From the NCBI RefSeq assembly GCF_003334815.1, contig NZ_QOWO01000013.1: 64,000 nt of DNA. The stretch is one strand, 5' to 3'. This DNA comes from Escherichia coli. Its GTDB lineage: Bacteria > Pseudomonadota > Gammaproteobacteria > Enterobacterales > Enterobacteriaceae. The notes beneath the pieces were generated by a model that saw nothing but the letters and a program-made list of their open reading frames with translations, was not told where the DNA came from and searched no databases. The position numbers and the translations under genes are program-made. Of this stretch, positions 62,783-64,000 are shown one piece after another (position 1 is the stretch's first letter; the number at the start of each line of letters is the position of its first letter).

Positions 62783-62825
62783 CCGATGAAGCGGCGGTAG
62801 AAGTGCCGCCGCAACAAAGACAAAT

Positions 62826-62907
62826 GCCTGATACGCTTCGCTTATCAAGCCTGCGTATTGATTCATAATTTATTGAATTTGTAGGGTGATGAATCGCATC
62901 CGGCAGG
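62826..62907. repeat. BIME/REP elements between gltS and recG
   Basis: GCCTGATACGCTTCGCTTATCAAGCCTGC and GTAGGGTGATGAATCGCATCCGGCAGG, joined by a linker (TTGATTCATAATTTATTGAATTTGTAGG) similar to the linker in the gyrB-proximal BIME. Confidence 0.6.
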
Positions 62908-62950
62908 AAGGTAGGGTAACCTGAAATGGCGGTCTTCTCACTGCCGCCTT

Positions 62951-64000
62951 TTACGCATTCGAGTAACGTTCCGTCTCCGGCATCCAGCGTTCTATCAGGG
63001 CTTTTGCCTGTTGTGGGTAACGTTCGTGAATATGGCGTGCCAGGCGCTGAACTTCCGGGATCATCGCCTGATCGCGCAGTAAATCCGCCACTTTAAATTC
63101 AGCATTACCCGTCTGACGCGTGCCTAACAATTCGCCAGGGCCGCGAATCTCCAGATCTTTTTGCGCAATCACAAAACCGTCGTTACTGTCGCGCAGCACT
63201 TGCAGGCGAATTTGCGCCGTTTTAGAAAGCGGCGTTTTGTAGAGCAGCACGCAGTGAGAAGCCACCGCGCCACGACCTACGCGCCCGCGCAGCTGGTGTA
63301 ACTGCGCCAGACCCAGACGCTCCGGGTTTTCGATAATCATCAGACTGGCGTTAGGCACATCAACGCCGACTTCAATAACGGTTGTGGCAACCAGCAGGTG
63401 TAGCTCACCTTGTTTAAACGACGCCATCACCGCCTGTTTCTCGGCAGGTTTCATCCGCCCGTGTACCAGGCCAACGTTCAACTCTGGTAGCGCCAGTTTC
63501 AACTCTTCCCAGGTAGCTTCCGCCGCCTGCGCTTCCAGCAATTCCGACTCTTCAATCAACGTACAAACCCAGTATGCCTGACGACCTTCAGTTATGCAGG
63601 CGTGGTGCACGCGGTCAATGATGTCGGTACGGCGGGTATCAGGAATAGCGACCGTAGTCACTGGCGTGCGGCCTGGCGGCAGCTCATCTATCACCGAGGT
63701 ATCGAGATCGGCATACGCAGTCATTGCCAGCGTGCGGGGGATCGGCGTGGCGGTCATGATCAACTGATGCGGATGGAAGCCCTGCTGCTGGCCTTTCTCC
63801 CACAATGCCAGACGCTGATGCACGCCAAAACGATGCTGTTCGTCGATAATCACCAGCGCCAGGCCGTTAAACTGCACCTGTTCCTGGAAGATGGCGTGTG
63901 TACCGACAATCATCTGCACCTGACCGCTGGCGATGGCTTCCTGCTGTGCCAGCCGTGCTTTACCTTTCTGCTTACCGGCGAGCCAGCCCACTTCGATACC
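62951..64000 (-). CDS. recG: ATP-dependent DNA helicase RecG (3' portion; 5' end lies beyond the window)
   Basis: ORF continues to the window edge; has the DEQHRFGV (DExH) and TATPIPRT helicase motifs and the C-terminus ...IERWMPETERYSNA. Confidence 0.9.
   Translation of the reverse strand, partial: GIEVGWLAGKQKGKARLAQQEAIASGQVQMIVGTHAIFQEQVQFNGLALVIIDEQHRFGVHQRLALWEKGQQQGFHPHQLIMTATPIPRTLAMTAYADLDTSVIDELPPGRTPVTTVAIPDTRRTDIIDRVHHACITEGRQAYWVCTLIEESELLEAQAAEATWEELKLALPELNVGLVHGRMKPAEKQAVMASFKQGELHLLVATTVIEVGVDVPNASLMIIENPERLGLAQLHQLRGRVGRGAVASHCVLLYKTPLSKTAQIRLQVLRDSNDGFVIAQKDLEIRGPGELLGTRQTGNAEFKVADLLRDQAMIPEVQRLARHIHERYPQQAKALIERWMPETERYSNA

Overview
This window reads as an Escherichia coli K-12-type core chromosomal segment in reverse-complement orientation relative to the conventional map. 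Gene order is tnaA-tnaC, mnmE, yidC-yidD-rnpA-rpmH, dnaA-dnaN-recF-gyrB, yidB, yidA, yidX, dgoRKADT, cbrA, yidR, yidQ, ibpAB, yidE, yidP, glv locus, yidLKJIHGF, emrD, tisB/istR, ivbL-ilvBN, uhpABCT, ade, adeQ, yicN, nepI, yicS, nlpA, yicL, setC, selC (tRNA-Sec), yicJ-yicI, yicH, xanP, gltS and the 3' part of recG. Assignments rest on recognising the translated ORFs and small elements by eye; no database search was run, and reference protein lengths are recalled from memory. I found no foreign island, prophage, CRISPR array, IS element or novel multi-gene system: every large ORF corresponds to a known K-12 gene and intergenic spacers are of ordinary size. The one clear departure from an intact gene set is a frameshift in yicJ at a run of three tandem CTTAC units. 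Other points worth a second look are the unoccupied selC integration hotspot, the 21-nt direct repeat that underlies IstR/tisAB antisense pairing, the partly decayed glv operon, and the yidJ sulfatase paired with a truncated maturase-like yidF. oriC is not in this window.
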